Positions 23,068 to 32,423 of a DNA stretch of 64,000 nucleotides are shown here, piece after piece. The position numbers and the translations under genes are program-made. This DNA is from Thermoanaerobaculia bacterium (GTDB lineage: Bacteria; Acidobacteriota; Thermoanaerobaculia; Multivoradales; Multivoraceae). The notes under the pieces were generated by a model. That model searched no databases. It saw only the letters and a list, made by a program, of their open reading frames with translations, and was not told where the DNA came from. The stretch is from NCBI GenBank assembly GCA_963664405.1, contig OY761158.1, positions 4,672,001 to 4,736,000 of the forward strand, read 5' to 3'. Each line of letters begins with the position of its first letter. Position 1 is the stretch's first letter.

Positions 23068-23934
23068 CTATCTCAAAGTTCGTTCTTCAGCGCCGACGGG
23101 GCACACCCGCATGCACTCGTAGCACTGAGCCTGACTCTGTGACGCATAGGTCATGGACCAAAGGGTGCGGGTGAAGAAGCTCGAATAGAGGATCATCTTC
23201 CGCTTCTCGGGGTCCTCCTCGTCGAGGGCGGCTTCGAGACCCTTCTGGAAGCCGGGCACCCAGTGAGTGTGGACACGGGTAGCGCAGCGGGCGGTATTGT
23301 AGCGGCGGTTGGCGAAACGGCCCTCGACGATGTCGCCGCCGAGGCAGCCGCCGTCGTCGATGGGACAGACCTTCATGCACGGCGTCGTGCCTTCGGCCTC
23401 CCACATGTCGAGGCATGCCGGGGCCGGGCAAGCCGGCTCGGCGCGGCCGTCGATCGGCAGAGGGCAGGTAGTGACGATGGCGGAGTAGTAGAGCATGCCG
23501 TGCTTTGGGTGGAGGAGGGGGCCGGCGAGACTCGGAGAGGCGCAGCCCGCCAGCTCGGCGGCTAGAGCGACACTGAGAAATGGCTGGTTCCCCTTGTTGA
23601 CGCCGGGAGGGACGAAGAGGGCGTAGTAGCCGAAGCTCGCCTCGATGAATTTCGCGGCCTTCAACCCCAGTGAGTTGATCCGGTCGCTGGTCCCCATCGT
23701 TTCCTGATGTTCGTGCTTCGGGCTCACCCAGTCTCCGGCTCGCGGTGGGCTACCACCGACCACGAAGACGCGCTTGGCTCCCGGCAGCAGGTCCTGTGGG
23801 CGAAAGCCCTCGGGGGCGGCGGCGAAGTCGTCGACGTCGGCAACGCCGCTGACCAGGGCGCCTCCGCGCGCGGAGAACTCGGTGAGCTGTTGCTTGGCCA
23901 GCTCGAAGTCCAGCTCTGCCTCGGGCTCGCTCAT
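23068..23934 (-). CDS. QueG-like cobalamin-Fe-S protein (paralog B, divergent cluster motif)
   Basis: AAELAGCASPSLAGPLLHPKHGMLYYSAIVTT; CPAPAC-x11-CMKVCP..GGC and CYECMRVCP; ATG 23934 overlaps stop of paralog A (ATGA). Confidence 0.75.
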   Translation of the reverse strand: MSEPEAELDFELAKQQLTEFSARGGALVSGVADVDDFAAAPEGFRPQDLLPGAKRVFVVGGSPPRAGDWVSPKHEHQETMGTSDRINSLGLKAAKFIEASFGYYALFVPPGVNKGNQPFLSVALAAELAGCASPSLAGPLLHPKHGMLYYSAIVTTCPLPIDGRAEPACPAPACLDMWEAEGTTPCMKVCPIDDGGCLGGDIVEGRFANRRYNTARCATRVHTHWVPGFQKGLEAALDEEDPEKRKMILYSSFFTRTLWSMTYASQSQAQCYECMRVCPVGAEERTLR

Positions 23935-24824
23935 TTCAGTCTCTTGTGGTTCTGGCCTACCGGACATACCCGCATGCACTCGAAGCACTGTGCGACGCTC
24001 TCCTTGTAGAAGCTGAGCGACGAGAGCGACTGAGAGAAGAAGTCGGAATAGATCATCGATTTGCGGCGGTCCTGGTCTTCTTCGGCGACGATGTCGACGA
24101 GACTCTTCTGCACGCTTCCGACTCCGAAATTCATCGATCTCGAGTGACAGCGCTCGCGGTTGTAGGACGAGTAAGAGATGCGCCCGTCCTCGTCGATCTC
24201 GCCTTCGAGGCACCCGCCCTCATCTTTGGGGCAGGAGGCCAGACAGGGCGTTGTGCCGAGCTTTTCGTACATTTGTACGCAACTGGGAGACGGGCATGCG
24301 TCCTTCTGTAGCACGTGGTTGGGCTCGAGCGGCAAGGTCGTGACCAGGGCGGCGTAGTAGAGGAGACCGTATTCCGGGTGGAGAATGATATTCGCCGCCA
24401 GCGAGCGGGTTCCAAGTCCCGCCAGCACCGCCGCCAGCATCATGCTCATCGGCGGATGATGTCCTGCGGTTGGCAGAGAGGGCGCCTGCAGCGCGTTGTA
24501 GCCGTACTCCCTCTCGATGAAGTCGCACATCACATGCACTGCGACGTTCTCTCGGAAGTCGTAGCCGGTGATCTCCATCACCCGATGGTCCGGAGAGCGC
24601 CAGGCCGCGGCGGTCGGGCCCTGGTTGCCGGCGACCACCACGCTCTGGGCTCCCGGCAGGATGTCTTCGGGTCGATGGCCTTCGGGGACATACTCGTTGA
24701 AGGCGTTGGCGGCAGCGACTCCGACGATTAGCGCCCCAGCCTTCTTGCCCGCTTCACAAACGGGTGCGGACGGTAGCAGGCCTTCTCGGCCGGTGTCTTC
24801 GCTGGCTGAGGCTTCTATTTCCAT
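23931..24824 (-). CDS. QueG-like cobalamin-Fe-S protein (paralog A, divergent cluster motif)
   Basis: AAVLAGLGTRSLAANIILHPEYGLLYYAALVTTL; CPSPSC-x11-CLASCP..GGC and CFECMRVCP; start ATG 24824. Confidence 0.75.
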   Translation of the reverse strand: MEIEASASEDTGREGLLPSAPVCEAGKKAGALIVGVAAANAFNEYVPEGHRPEDILPGAQSVVVAGNQGPTAAAWRSPDHRVMEITGYDFRENVAVHVMCDFIEREYGYNALQAPSLPTAGHHPPMSMMLAAVLAGLGTRSLAANIILHPEYGLLYYAALVTTLPLEPNHVLQKDACPSPSCVQMYEKLGTTPCLASCPKDEGGCLEGEIDEDGRISYSSYNRERCHSRSMNFGVGSVQKSLVDIVAEEDQDRRKSMIYSDFFSQSLSSLSFYKESVAQCFECMRVCPVGQNHKRLK

Positions 24825-24861
24825 CGGCGCACGGGAAGGATAACGCAAGATCGGAGCAAGG

Positions 24862-24929
24862 AATAGACCGACCTGTCTATTGGCCAGGTTCCCGGCCCCT
24901 TGAGCCAAGACCGATCGGTCTTATACAAT
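24862..24929. promoter_or_regulatory. Two TetR operator palindromes and tetR promoter
   Basis: AATAGACCGACCTGTCTATT (24862-81) and perfect palindrome AAGACCGATCGGTCTT (24907-22); the latter lies between TTGAGC (24900) and TACAAT (24924). Confidence 0.75.
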
Positions 24930-25059
24930 GACGCGGAGTTGGCTCGAACCGGGTGGGGCAGCTTTCCGGACGCGCCAGATCGTACAAGGGTCCTTCCAGT
25001 GGGTTTGCTCCTTCGAAGGATTCCTATCAAATCAATCAGTGATCGAGGAAGAGTAGAAC

Positions 25060-25635
25060 GTGCAGGAAAGAAGCGCAGCACTCCGTGAGCACATCCTCGA
25101 TGTCGCGTCGGACCTCTTCTATCAGCATGGGGTTCGCAACGTCGGCATCGATCGAATCATCACCGAATCGGGCATCGCCAGGATGACCCTCTATAACCAC
25201 TTCAAGTCGAAGGACCTGCTGATTCAGGAGTATCTCCTGCGCTCCTCGCGCCAATGGGTCGCTTGGTATTCCGCCAAGATCCAGGAAGCTTCCCAAGACC
25301 CTGGCGAGAGGATTCTCGCGGCTTTCGATGTTCTCGACGGGTGGTTTCGGTCCAGCAAATTTCGGGGTTGCTCGGTCGCGAACGCCTCGGTCGAGCTGGC
25401 CGATGAGTGCCATCCGGTTGCCGAGGTCAAGAAGGAGTATCACGCCAACCTTCGGGGGCTGTTTCGCGGCCTCGTCGAAGAGGCTGGCGCTGGGGATCCG
25501 GAAGAGATAGCCGAGGAGCTCTTTGTGCTACTGCGCGGAGCCATGCTTTCGGCGCATCTCGACGGTCCTGAGGGCGTGGCGGCACGAAGTCGCCGTTCGG
25601 CGGAGCGTCTGCTTTCGGCCCACATTCCCAACTGA
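25060..25635 (+). CDS. TetR/AcrR family regulator (NemR-like C-terminal domain)
   Basis: ILDVASDLFYQHG...GIDRII.ESGIARMTLYNHF.SKD; FRGC..NA..E. Confidence 0.92.
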   Translation: MQERSAALREHILDVASDLFYQHGVRNVGIDRIITESGIARMTLYNHFKSKDLLIQEYLLRSSRQWVAWYSAKIQEASQDPGERILAAFDVLDGWFRSSKFRGCSVANASVELADECHPVAEVKKEYHANLRGLFRGLVEEAGAGDPEEIAEELFVLLRGAMLSAHLDGPEGVAARSRRSAERLLSAHIPN

Positions 25636-25668
25636 TCCGCCGCGGGCGCTGATGCCCCGAGACACTCG

Positions 25669-27264
25669 ATGAGACGGAGAGACTTCCTCACCGGGTCTGC
25701 CGGGGTTGCGGCCAGCTTGATGATGGAGGGTTTGTCGCAGCCGGCTGAAGGCCAGGTTGGGGACTGGGATGCTGGTGAAGTGGCCCACATCCTTCCAAGT
25801 GTCAGCCACGATCGCTTCTTGATCAAAGTCTCCTTTCGTACACCGGCTTCCGGCATTCCTTTGCTTCGCCTCGGCAGGCGTCTTGTGCCTGGCAAGCTGA
25901 GCGACCGAGTGGGTCGATTTTGGGCCTTCTATGTAGCGGGCTTGGAGCCGATGACGAGTTACAGGCTCGAGCTCCTCAGCGACGAGGAGCGGCCGCTGTG
26001 CCAGCCCTGGTTCCTCGGCACCTTTCCTCCTCCCGATTCTCTGCCGGATCGCTTCAGGCTGTTGATTTTTACCTGTGCCGGTGGGCACGAGGATGCGCGG
26101 CTCGCGGACGGCACACAGGTCTTTCTATCTTTGGACGATCGGCGACGTTTGCTGCGACGTGCCCTCTCCTTTCAGCCGCAGGCTGCCATGGCTGTCGGCG
26201 ATCACGTCTACTGGGACATGCGCGCGGGCCGCTCTGCGAGCATGGTTCGCGAGAGCGAGCTGGCGAAAGAGCTCGATGCTTCGGCATTCCGCCGCGAGCT
26301 CCCGGTGCTCGGAAGCGAGAACGAGGGCCGTCTGGTTGGTGTGGTCGATCCCCAGATCGCGGATCTTTACGGCAGCATGCTACGCAGCGTGCCTTCGTAT
26401 TTCGTTCTCGACGATCACGACTATTTCGAAAACGACCACGCCGACGACGAGATCGTCACCTTCCCGCCGGATCCCTTTATGCTGCAGTTGGCACAGGCGA
26501 CCCAGCGTCTCTACTACCCCGAGCTGCTGCCCGATTCGCGGCGGCCACTCAATCTTGGGGGAGGGCGTGCATTCGACAGCATGCCGGGTCTGTCAGAGTC
26601 TTTTGGCACGCTGCGCTTCGGGCGCCTGGTCGAAGGCTTGATCTACGACTGCCGCCGCTTCCTCTCTCTCAAGGGGCCAAGCGCTGGATTCGTTCCGGAG
26701 GCCACCGAATCTTGGCTACTTTCTCGTATGGCGGCGGCGGAATCACGCCACGTGGTGAACATCCCTTCTACTCCGGTGGGGTGGAGCGCCGGAAAGTGGG
26801 CCGAGTGGTATCCCGACCTGCTCCAGCCCGATGGCCGTCTCGGGACCTCGGTCCGGAAGCCTTATTGGCAAGAGGGGTGGCTGGCGCAGCACGATCGGCT
26901 CCTGCGTGGGGCGGCGGCGATGGCCGACACACCACTCTTTGTCAGCGGTGACCTTCACGCTCTCGGCGTAGGACGGATTCTGGGCTCCGCCACCCTCGAT
27001 CTCTCCCACAATCCGGTCGTCTCCGTACTCTCGGGCCCCCTGGGTACCGGACCTCCCGGCTGGCCCTCGGCCTCCCGTGGCACCGGCCCTCAGGTGCCGA
27101 CCGGGCTCGACCTGGAGGAGGATCTTGCTCCGGTTGAAAAAAACGGATTCACCCTGCTCGACTTCGGGCTCGAAAGTGTGACGATTCGCATGTTCCAGTG
27201 GAAGCTGGGTGAAGACCCGTCGCTGATCGACGATCTGGAGCCGTTTCTGACCTTGGAGGTTTGA
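25669..27264 (+). CDS. Tat-exported PhoD-like metallophosphoesterase
   Basis: MRRRDFL Tat motif; GDHVYWD, DDHDYFEND and SGDLH metal motifs. Confidence 0.7.
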   Translation: MRRRDFLTGSAGVAASLMMEGLSQPAEGQVGDWDAGEVAHILPSVSHDRFLIKVSFRTPASGIPLLRLGRRLVPGKLSDRVGRFWAFYVAGLEPMTSYRLELLSDEERPLCQPWFLGTFPPPDSLPDRFRLLIFTCAGGHEDARLADGTQVFLSLDDRRRLLRRALSFQPQAAMAVGDHVYWDMRAGRSASMVRESELAKELDASAFRRELPVLGSENEGRLVGVVDPQIADLYGSMLRSVPSYFVLDDHDYFENDHADDEIVTFPPDPFMLQLAQATQRLYYPELLPDSRRPLNLGGGRAFDSMPGLSESFGTLRFGRLVEGLIYDCRRFLSLKGPSAGFVPEATESWLLSRMAAAESRHVVNIPSTPVGWSAGKWAEWYPDLLQPDGRLGTSVRKPYWQEGWLAQHDRLLRGAAAMADTPLFVSGDLHALGVGRILGSATLDLSHNPVVSVLSGPLGTGPPGWPSASRGTGPQVPTGLDLEEDLAPVEKNGFTLLDFGLESVTIRMFQWKLGEDPSLIDDLEPFLTLEV

Positions 27265-27266
27265 TC

Positions 27267-28364
27267 ATGAGTGTCATTCGTTCTTGCGATCGACTGCCTT
27301 CTGCTTCGGCCCTGCTGATTCTGTTGATGGTCTCAGCCGCCTCGTTGGAAGCTGCCGACCTCTCTCCTTTGGCCGCGGCGATGGATAGGAACGGCGACAG
27401 CCAAGTCACCAAGGAGGAACTGTCGCCGTCAGCCGGGCGGACCTTGCTCGCGGCTCTCGACGCGAACGGGGACGGCGTTCTCGATACCGACGAGCTCCTC
27501 ACCATCGGCCGCGGCGGTGCCGGGCTCGGACGGCGCTCCCGCAGAGGTCCCGCCAACTGGGACTATGCGGAGACCAGCGAAGACGGCATCCGTATCTTCA
27601 AGAACATCGAATACGCAACGGGTCCGGAGTATGCCGGGGGTCGAGGCAAGCTCGACGTGTATGTGCCCAAGGGCGAGGGCCCCTTCCCGGTCATCGTGTT
27701 CTTTCATGGCGGGGGGCTTACGAACGGTGACAAGGCGAGTCTGGTCGGGCTCGGCCCTCGCTTCGCCAGGCTCGGCTTCTTGACGGTGACGCCGAACTAT
27801 CGACTGTCACCCGACTTCTACTATCCGGCCTACGTCGAGGATGGAGCGCGAGCTTTCAAGTGGAGCTGGGAGCATGCCGACGATTACAGCGGCGATCGAG
27901 AGTCTCTGGTGGTTTCCGGAGGCTCCGCCGGTGGACACGTAGCGGCTCTGCTGAGTGTCGACGAGAGATTTCTTGCCGCCCAGGGCCTGAGCCTCGCCAA
28001 TATCAAAGTGTCGTTCCCGATCACCGCCATGATGGACGCGACCCGGGCGGGTAGGGAACGCGTGTTGGCTACCTGGGCCGGCGATCTCGAGCTGGCGAAG
28101 CGAGCCTCCCCGATCCGCTACGTTAGCGAGCAGCTGCCGCCGATGCTGATCACGGTTGCCGATGGCGATACCGAAGATCGGAGAAATCAGAACCAGGAGA
28201 TGTTCGAGGCCATGAAGAGTGCTGGGCACCGGGCCGTCGAGTTCGCCTGGCTCGTCGACCGAACGCACAACTCGATCCTCCCCAATATGCTCGAGGAAGG
28301 CGATCCGACGGTCGAACTGCTGCTCGCTTTTATGAGCAAACACGGAGTCCGAGGGCGCGAGTGA
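27267..28364 (+). CDS. Secreted alpha/beta hydrolase (HSL-like esterase) with N-terminal EF-hand pair
   Basis: DRNGDSQVTKEE and DANGDGVLDTDE EF-hands; HGGG, GGSAGG, catalytic D/H region. Confidence 0.82.
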   Translation: MSVIRSCDRLPSASALLILLMVSAASLEAADLSPLAAAMDRNGDSQVTKEELSPSAGRTLLAALDANGDGVLDTDELLTIGRGGAGLGRRSRRGPANWDYAETSEDGIRIFKNIEYATGPEYAGGRGKLDVYVPKGEGPFPVIVFFHGGGLTNGDKASLVGLGPRFARLGFLTVTPNYRLSPDFYYPAYVEDGARAFKWSWEHADDYSGDRESLVVSGGSAGGHVAALLSVDERFLAAQGLSLANIKVSFPITAMMDATRAGRERVLATWAGDLELAKRASPIRYVSEQLPPMLITVADGDTEDRRNQNQEMFEAMKSAGHRAVEFAWLVDRTHNSILPNMLEEGDPTVELLLAFMSKHGVRGRE

Positions 28365-28470
28365 TTCGTACCCGGTCTCGATACACGAGCGCTGGCGGTG
28401 GCAGAAGAGACATGCAGTGATGTAAAATAGAGCATGTCCGGGGTAGCAGCTGGTCAGGAGGGACGCTGCT

Positions 28471-29319
28471 ATGAATTATCGAAGGCGCTGGATCATTGCT
28501 TCGCACATGTCGCTGGGCATTGCCTCGGCGTGCCTAATCCTCGCTTGTTCGGGCGAGCCTCGGCTCAACGGAGAGTCTCGCTACTGGCTCCATATGAGCT
28601 CGGCGGATTTGAAGAAAGAGCTGAGCCTGTCTCCAGCTCAGGCGAATGCGATGGAAGCGGCTATCGATGTGCTGGTGGGCGAAGATACGCGCCGGCTTCT
28701 CGACGACGGCGAGGCGGCCGAGGGTGCGGAAGGGAACGCTCGTGAGCAAGAAGCGTTGGCGCCCATCGATGGTCTGAGCTTCGGTGAGCTTCTCGACGAG
28801 GCTGCCGGCATAAAACAGGCTGAGCTTTATCATCTCCGCCAGGAGCTGTCGAAAGAAGAGATCAAGATAGCTGAGCATCGCCAGGCTCTGGAAGGAATCG
28901 AAGTGGTACGAGCCCGATACCAGATGGGTGCCGGCCGACGGAGCTGGATTGATGTCACGGTCCGCAATCGAACGGAAGAGCATCTAGACGAGATCCTGCT
29001 CGATTGTAGGCTCGTCGAAGCCGGCCGCCCCGAGCCGTGGCAGAAGGGCACTTGCCCGATCGTGATCCCTGGCGGCTTGGCGCCGGGGCTAACCACCACA
29101 GCCCGAAGCATAGTGGGTTGGGATACCGGGCCTCGGCGCCAGCGGCTTGTCGAGATATGGCCGATTCGCGCCCACGGCAAGGGGCGAGCGCTGTTGTGGG
29201 ACGTTCCTTCTGAGCTCAACCCCCTCGAGGCGGGTCGAATTGCGAAGCTCGAGACCGAGGCCGAGGTTGTTGCCAGAGTCTTGAGCGCGCTCCAGTCGGC
29301 CATGCCCGCAGAGGCGTAA
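28471..29319 (+). CDS. Hypothetical lipoprotein (DUF6694-like)
   Basis: LILAC lipobox, helical N-terminus, Ig-like VTVRNRT C-terminus. Confidence 0.5.
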   Translation: MNYRRRWIIASHMSLGIASACLILACSGEPRLNGESRYWLHMSSADLKKELSLSPAQANAMEAAIDVLVGEDTRRLLDDGEAAEGAEGNAREQEALAPIDGLSFGELLDEAAGIKQAELYHLRQELSKEEIKIAEHRQALEGIEVVRARYQMGAGRRSWIDVTVRNRTEEHLDEILLDCRLVEAGRPEPWQKGTCPIVIPGGLAPGLTTTARSIVGWDTGPRRQRLVEIWPIRAHGKGRALLWDVPSELNPLEAGRIAKLETEAEVVARVLSALQSAMPAEA

Positions 29320-29335
29320 GCCGATCTGCGGCGGT

Positions 29336-30352
29336 CTAGTCGGCCTTGTCCCATTTGGCGATGAGCTCGTCCTCTCGCGCCAGGTCTACATCGTGACCCA
29401 GCCGACCTGGCTCGAAGCGCGTCCCCTCAACGCCCCGATGCTCCTTCCACCAGCTGTAGGTCTGGGCCATGCCCGATCTGATGTCGTAGCGTGGCTCGAA
29501 CCCGACCAGGCTGCGAAGCTTCTGAATGCTGTTGACCACACTGCGCTCGGAGTCGAAAGGAACGATGCCGTCCATGGTTTCGCGACCTTCCCCATAGGGA
29601 ACGTAGACCTTGACGGCGGGCACCCCGACCGCGTCCGCCGCGGCGTCGAGCAGCCTGTTGACACTGACCGCCTCGGCACCGGTGGCGTTGAGCACTTCAC
29701 CGACGGCGGCTTCGCACTCGGCGGCCGCCAGACAGGCGGCGGCGAAGTCATCGACATGGCCGAGGTGGACGAGGGACTGTCCCTTTCCGCCGACCAGGAT
29801 CTTTCGTCCCAGCACCAGGCGGGCGAAATAGCTACCCTCCCTGTCGTCCATCCAGTTCTCGGGGCCGTACATAGCGGCCGCTCGCAGGATGGTCACTGGC
29901 AGGCCCTGGGTCCGGAAAGCGCCGAGCAAGTAGTTTTCACACCGCACTTTGTCGGGGCCATAGGCTGCCAATCCGCCGGTCTCCTCACCGACTTCGACCA
30001 GCGGAGAGCTCTCGCGGACGGGGAAGCTTTCAGGCATCGTGTAGACCGCGAAAGAGCTGACGAAAACATAGCGCCGAATGTGTTCGCCGAGCATCTCGAC
30101 GACAGGCTCGAGGTTGGTCGCCTGGTAGCCGGTGACGTCGTAAACGACGTCGAAGTCGTGCTCGCGGCCGGCCAGCGCTCGGCGAACCGCGTCGCCGTCG
30201 CGGCGATCGGCGTAGAGCCTTTCAATGCCTTCTGGAAGTTCGGCCTCCCGCTTGCCCCGGTTGAGAATCGTGATCTGGTGCCCTTCTTCGTGCAGGGCGC
30301 GCAGCAGGCGCAGCCCCACGAATCGAGTGCCGCCGAGGAGGAGGACCCTCAT
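29336..30352 (-). CDS. NAD-dependent epimerase/dehydratase (atypical SDR)
   Basis: MRVLLLGGTRFVG, LNRG, YGPDK; ATGA overlap with upstream gene. Confidence 0.88.
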   Translation of the reverse strand: MRVLLLGGTRFVGLRLLRALHEEGHQITILNRGKREAELPEGIERLYADRRDGDAVRRALAGREHDFDVVYDVTGYQATNLEPVVEMLGEHIRRYVFVSSFAVYTMPESFPVRESSPLVEVGEETGGLAAYGPDKVRCENYLLGAFRTQGLPVTILRAAAMYGPENWMDDREGSYFARLVLGRKILVGGKGQSLVHLGHVDDFAAACLAAAECEAAVGEVLNATGAEAVSVNRLLDAAADAVGVPAVKVYVPYGEGRETMDGIVPFDSERSVVNSIQKLRSLVGFEPRYDIRSGMAQTYSWWKEHRGVEGTRFEPGRLGHDVDLAREDELIAKWDKAD

Positions 30353-30882
30353 GCCGAGCCTCCTTCCTGGGGGTAGCGCCAGGGGGGCGCCTGGGCTGGG
30401 GCATCGACGTCTACGGTCCACTGCGGGATCGCAAGGCCGTTGGCGACCGGCACCAAGACCATCTTGACGCGGGTGCCGATGCCGACGCTCTTCACCACCT
30501 CCGGGGGGGCGAGCTCGCCTGAGGGAGTTACCAGGTTGCCGCACAGGCGCAGGGCCTCGTGCTCGGTGGGCAGGCCCCTCTGGGTGTCGAGCTCGACGAG
30601 GAGGATCAGGTAGGGCAGGTGGTCGCGAAAGGCGGGCTGAATGGCGTGGTGGACCTCGCTGTAGGAGTAGACGACCCCGCGGCCCTCGACCGGGATCCAG
30701 CTCGATTCCGCTGCGGAGCACCAGGGACACGCGGTGGTAGGTGGGTAGCGGACGAGGTCGCACGAAGAGCAATGCTGCAAGTGGTACTCCCCTTCGCTGC
30801 AGTGCTTGAAGTAAGCCTGGTTCTGACCATCGAGATCATCGATCACCAGATGCATGCCGAGATAGTCACCCTCTACCGTCAT
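30349..30882 (-). CDS. DUF35/ChsH2-like Zn-ribbon OB-fold protein
   Basis: LQHCSSC..RYPP...CPWC, GRGVVYSY, PYLILLVEL; adjacent to thiolase. Confidence 0.88.
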   Translation of the reverse strand: MTVEGDYLGMHLVIDDLDGQNQAYFKHCSEGEYHLQHCSSCDLVRYPPTTACPWCSAAESSWIPVEGRGVVYSYSEVHHAIQPAFRDHLPYLILLVELDTQRGLPTEHEALRLCGNLVTPSGELAPPEVVKSVGIGTRVKMVLVPVANGLAIPQWTVDVDAPAQAPPWRYPQEGGSA

Positions 30883-30883
30883 T

Positions 30884-32152
30884 TCATGGGTCTCCCGCTC
30901 GTAGAACGAGGGCGGAGCCGTAGGCCGGCGTTCCCCACCCCAGGTTCGCAGTTATAGATACCTCTTTGACCTGGCGGCAACCGCCTTCGCTGTAATCGTA
31001 GCTGTGCCGTCGCTTTCCGTCGACTCCCAGCGGGCACGAGTCGTCCACGTCACCTCGCAACTGGCGTACGTTCTCTACAACCATGTTGACTCCGTGAGTG
31101 TAGACCTCGCAGAGGTGGCCGCCGCTGGTATTGTTCGGCCGCTTGCCGCCCAGGCGCATTGTGCCGTCGCTGACATAGACGCCCCCTTCGCCTTTCTTGC
31201 AGAAGCCGAAATCTTCGAGCTGCAGCATCGAAGTGAAGGTGAAGGCGTCGTAGGAGCCGGTGGCATCGATGTCCTCGGGCCCGACCCCGGCATTCGACCA
31301 CAGCCGCTTTCTCGCGTATTTGGCGGCCACGGTGGTGATCGGGCCGAACTGGTAGTGATTGTCCCCTCGCGGCTTGCAGCATCGGCCGACGACAGCCTGG
31401 ATGAGCGCCGGCCGGTGTCGGCAGTTGCGGGCGCGGTCGGCGGAAGTGACGATGATGGCGGTCGCGTTGTCGGTCTCGACGCAGCAGTCGAGGAGGTGGA
31501 GGGGCTTGGCGATGATGCGGCTCGAAAGCACATCGTCGACGGTAACGCGCTTGCGGTACACCGCCTTGGGATTCGAGGAGGCATGCTCGCTGTGGATCAC
31601 CTTGACCATGGCGATCTGCTCCGGTGTGGTGCCGAACTCATACATATGACGCATGAAAGTGTGGCTGAAACGCTGTGCCGGGCTCTGTAGTCCGTAGACT
31701 CGGTCATGAAGCTGGTCACCGATGATGTCGGCAGCAGCCTGAGATCCGGTGCCGCCTACTCGCCTCTGCGAGTAACCGTTCATGGCGCGAAAGATCACTA
31801 TCGTCTCGCACATCCCGGCCTCGATCACCCCCATCGCCATGCCGACGAGGGCCTCGGTGCTCGAGCCGCCGCCGCTGACATCCATAAAGAAGTTGGGGCG
31901 GATCCCGAGGTCGCCCGCGACGACCGGCGACCCGGTCGAATCGTTCGAGGAGTACGACATCATGCCGTCGATGTGTGCCGCCTCGAGCCCCGCGTCCTTC
32001 ATCGCGTTGGAGACTGCAAGGGTTGCCAGCGCGCGAGTGGTCACTCCGGAGCCTCGCCGATAAGGGGTCTCGCCAACGCCAACGATCGCGTACTTGTCGC
32101 GAAGAAATCGCGGAGTGGTGGTCTCGATCTCGTGCGGCTGCTTCGTGGCTTT
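30884..32152 (-). CDS. SCP-x/Ltp2-type thiolase-like protein (start codon unclear)
   Basis: AIVGVGET, LLDCCVETD, YDAFT, NTSGGHLCE; frame open to 32152 but first canonical start is GTG 32044. Confidence 0.8.
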   Translation of the reverse strand, partial: KATKQPHEIETTTPRFLRDKYAIVGVGETPYRRGSGVTTRALATLAVSNAMKDAGLEAAHIDGMMSYSSNDSTGSPVVAGDLGIRPNFFMDVSGGGSSTEALVGMAMGVIEAGMCETIVIFRAMNGYSQRRVGGTGSQAAADIIGDQLHDRVYGLQSPAQRFSHTFMRHMYEFGTTPEQIAMVKVIHSEHASSNPKAVYRKRVTVDDVLSSRIIAKPLHLLDCCVETDNATAIIVTSADRARNCRHRPALIQAVVGRCCKPRGDNHYQFGPITTVAAKYARKRLWSNAGVGPEDIDATGSYDAFTFTSMLQLEDFGFCKKGEGGVYVSDGTMRLGGKRPNNTSGGHLCEVYTHGVNMVVENVRQLRGDVDDSCPLGVDGKRRHSYDYSEGGCRQVKEVSITANLGWGTPAYGSALVLRAGDP

Positions 32153-32423
32153 CTACTTCCTGAGCGCGAGGTTACTACTACAAGGCTCCGGGGCTCAAAG
32201 ACCGCTATCTGCGCGCATTCGATGTCGAGACCGGCGAGGAGCTCTGGAAAGGTCGCTTACCCGCGGGCCCACAGGCCACGCCGATGACCTATCGGCTACG
32301 GCCGGACAGCCGACAGTTCGTGGTCATCGCCGCTGGCGGTCACGATCGGTCGGGGACAGCGTGCGGCGATGCGCTGGTGGCGTTCGCGCTGCCGAGCTCA
32401 GGCGGCGGATGATCTCAGGCCCG

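Noticed and set aside
19791-24824. Canonical queG or respiratory rdhAB
   Set aside because: No DYH motif, no Tat signal, no membrane anchor gene; five divergent copies
24825-25060. Cobalamin riboswitch upstream of the cluster
   Set aside because: No B12-box consensus recognised; the region is explained by TetR operators and promoters
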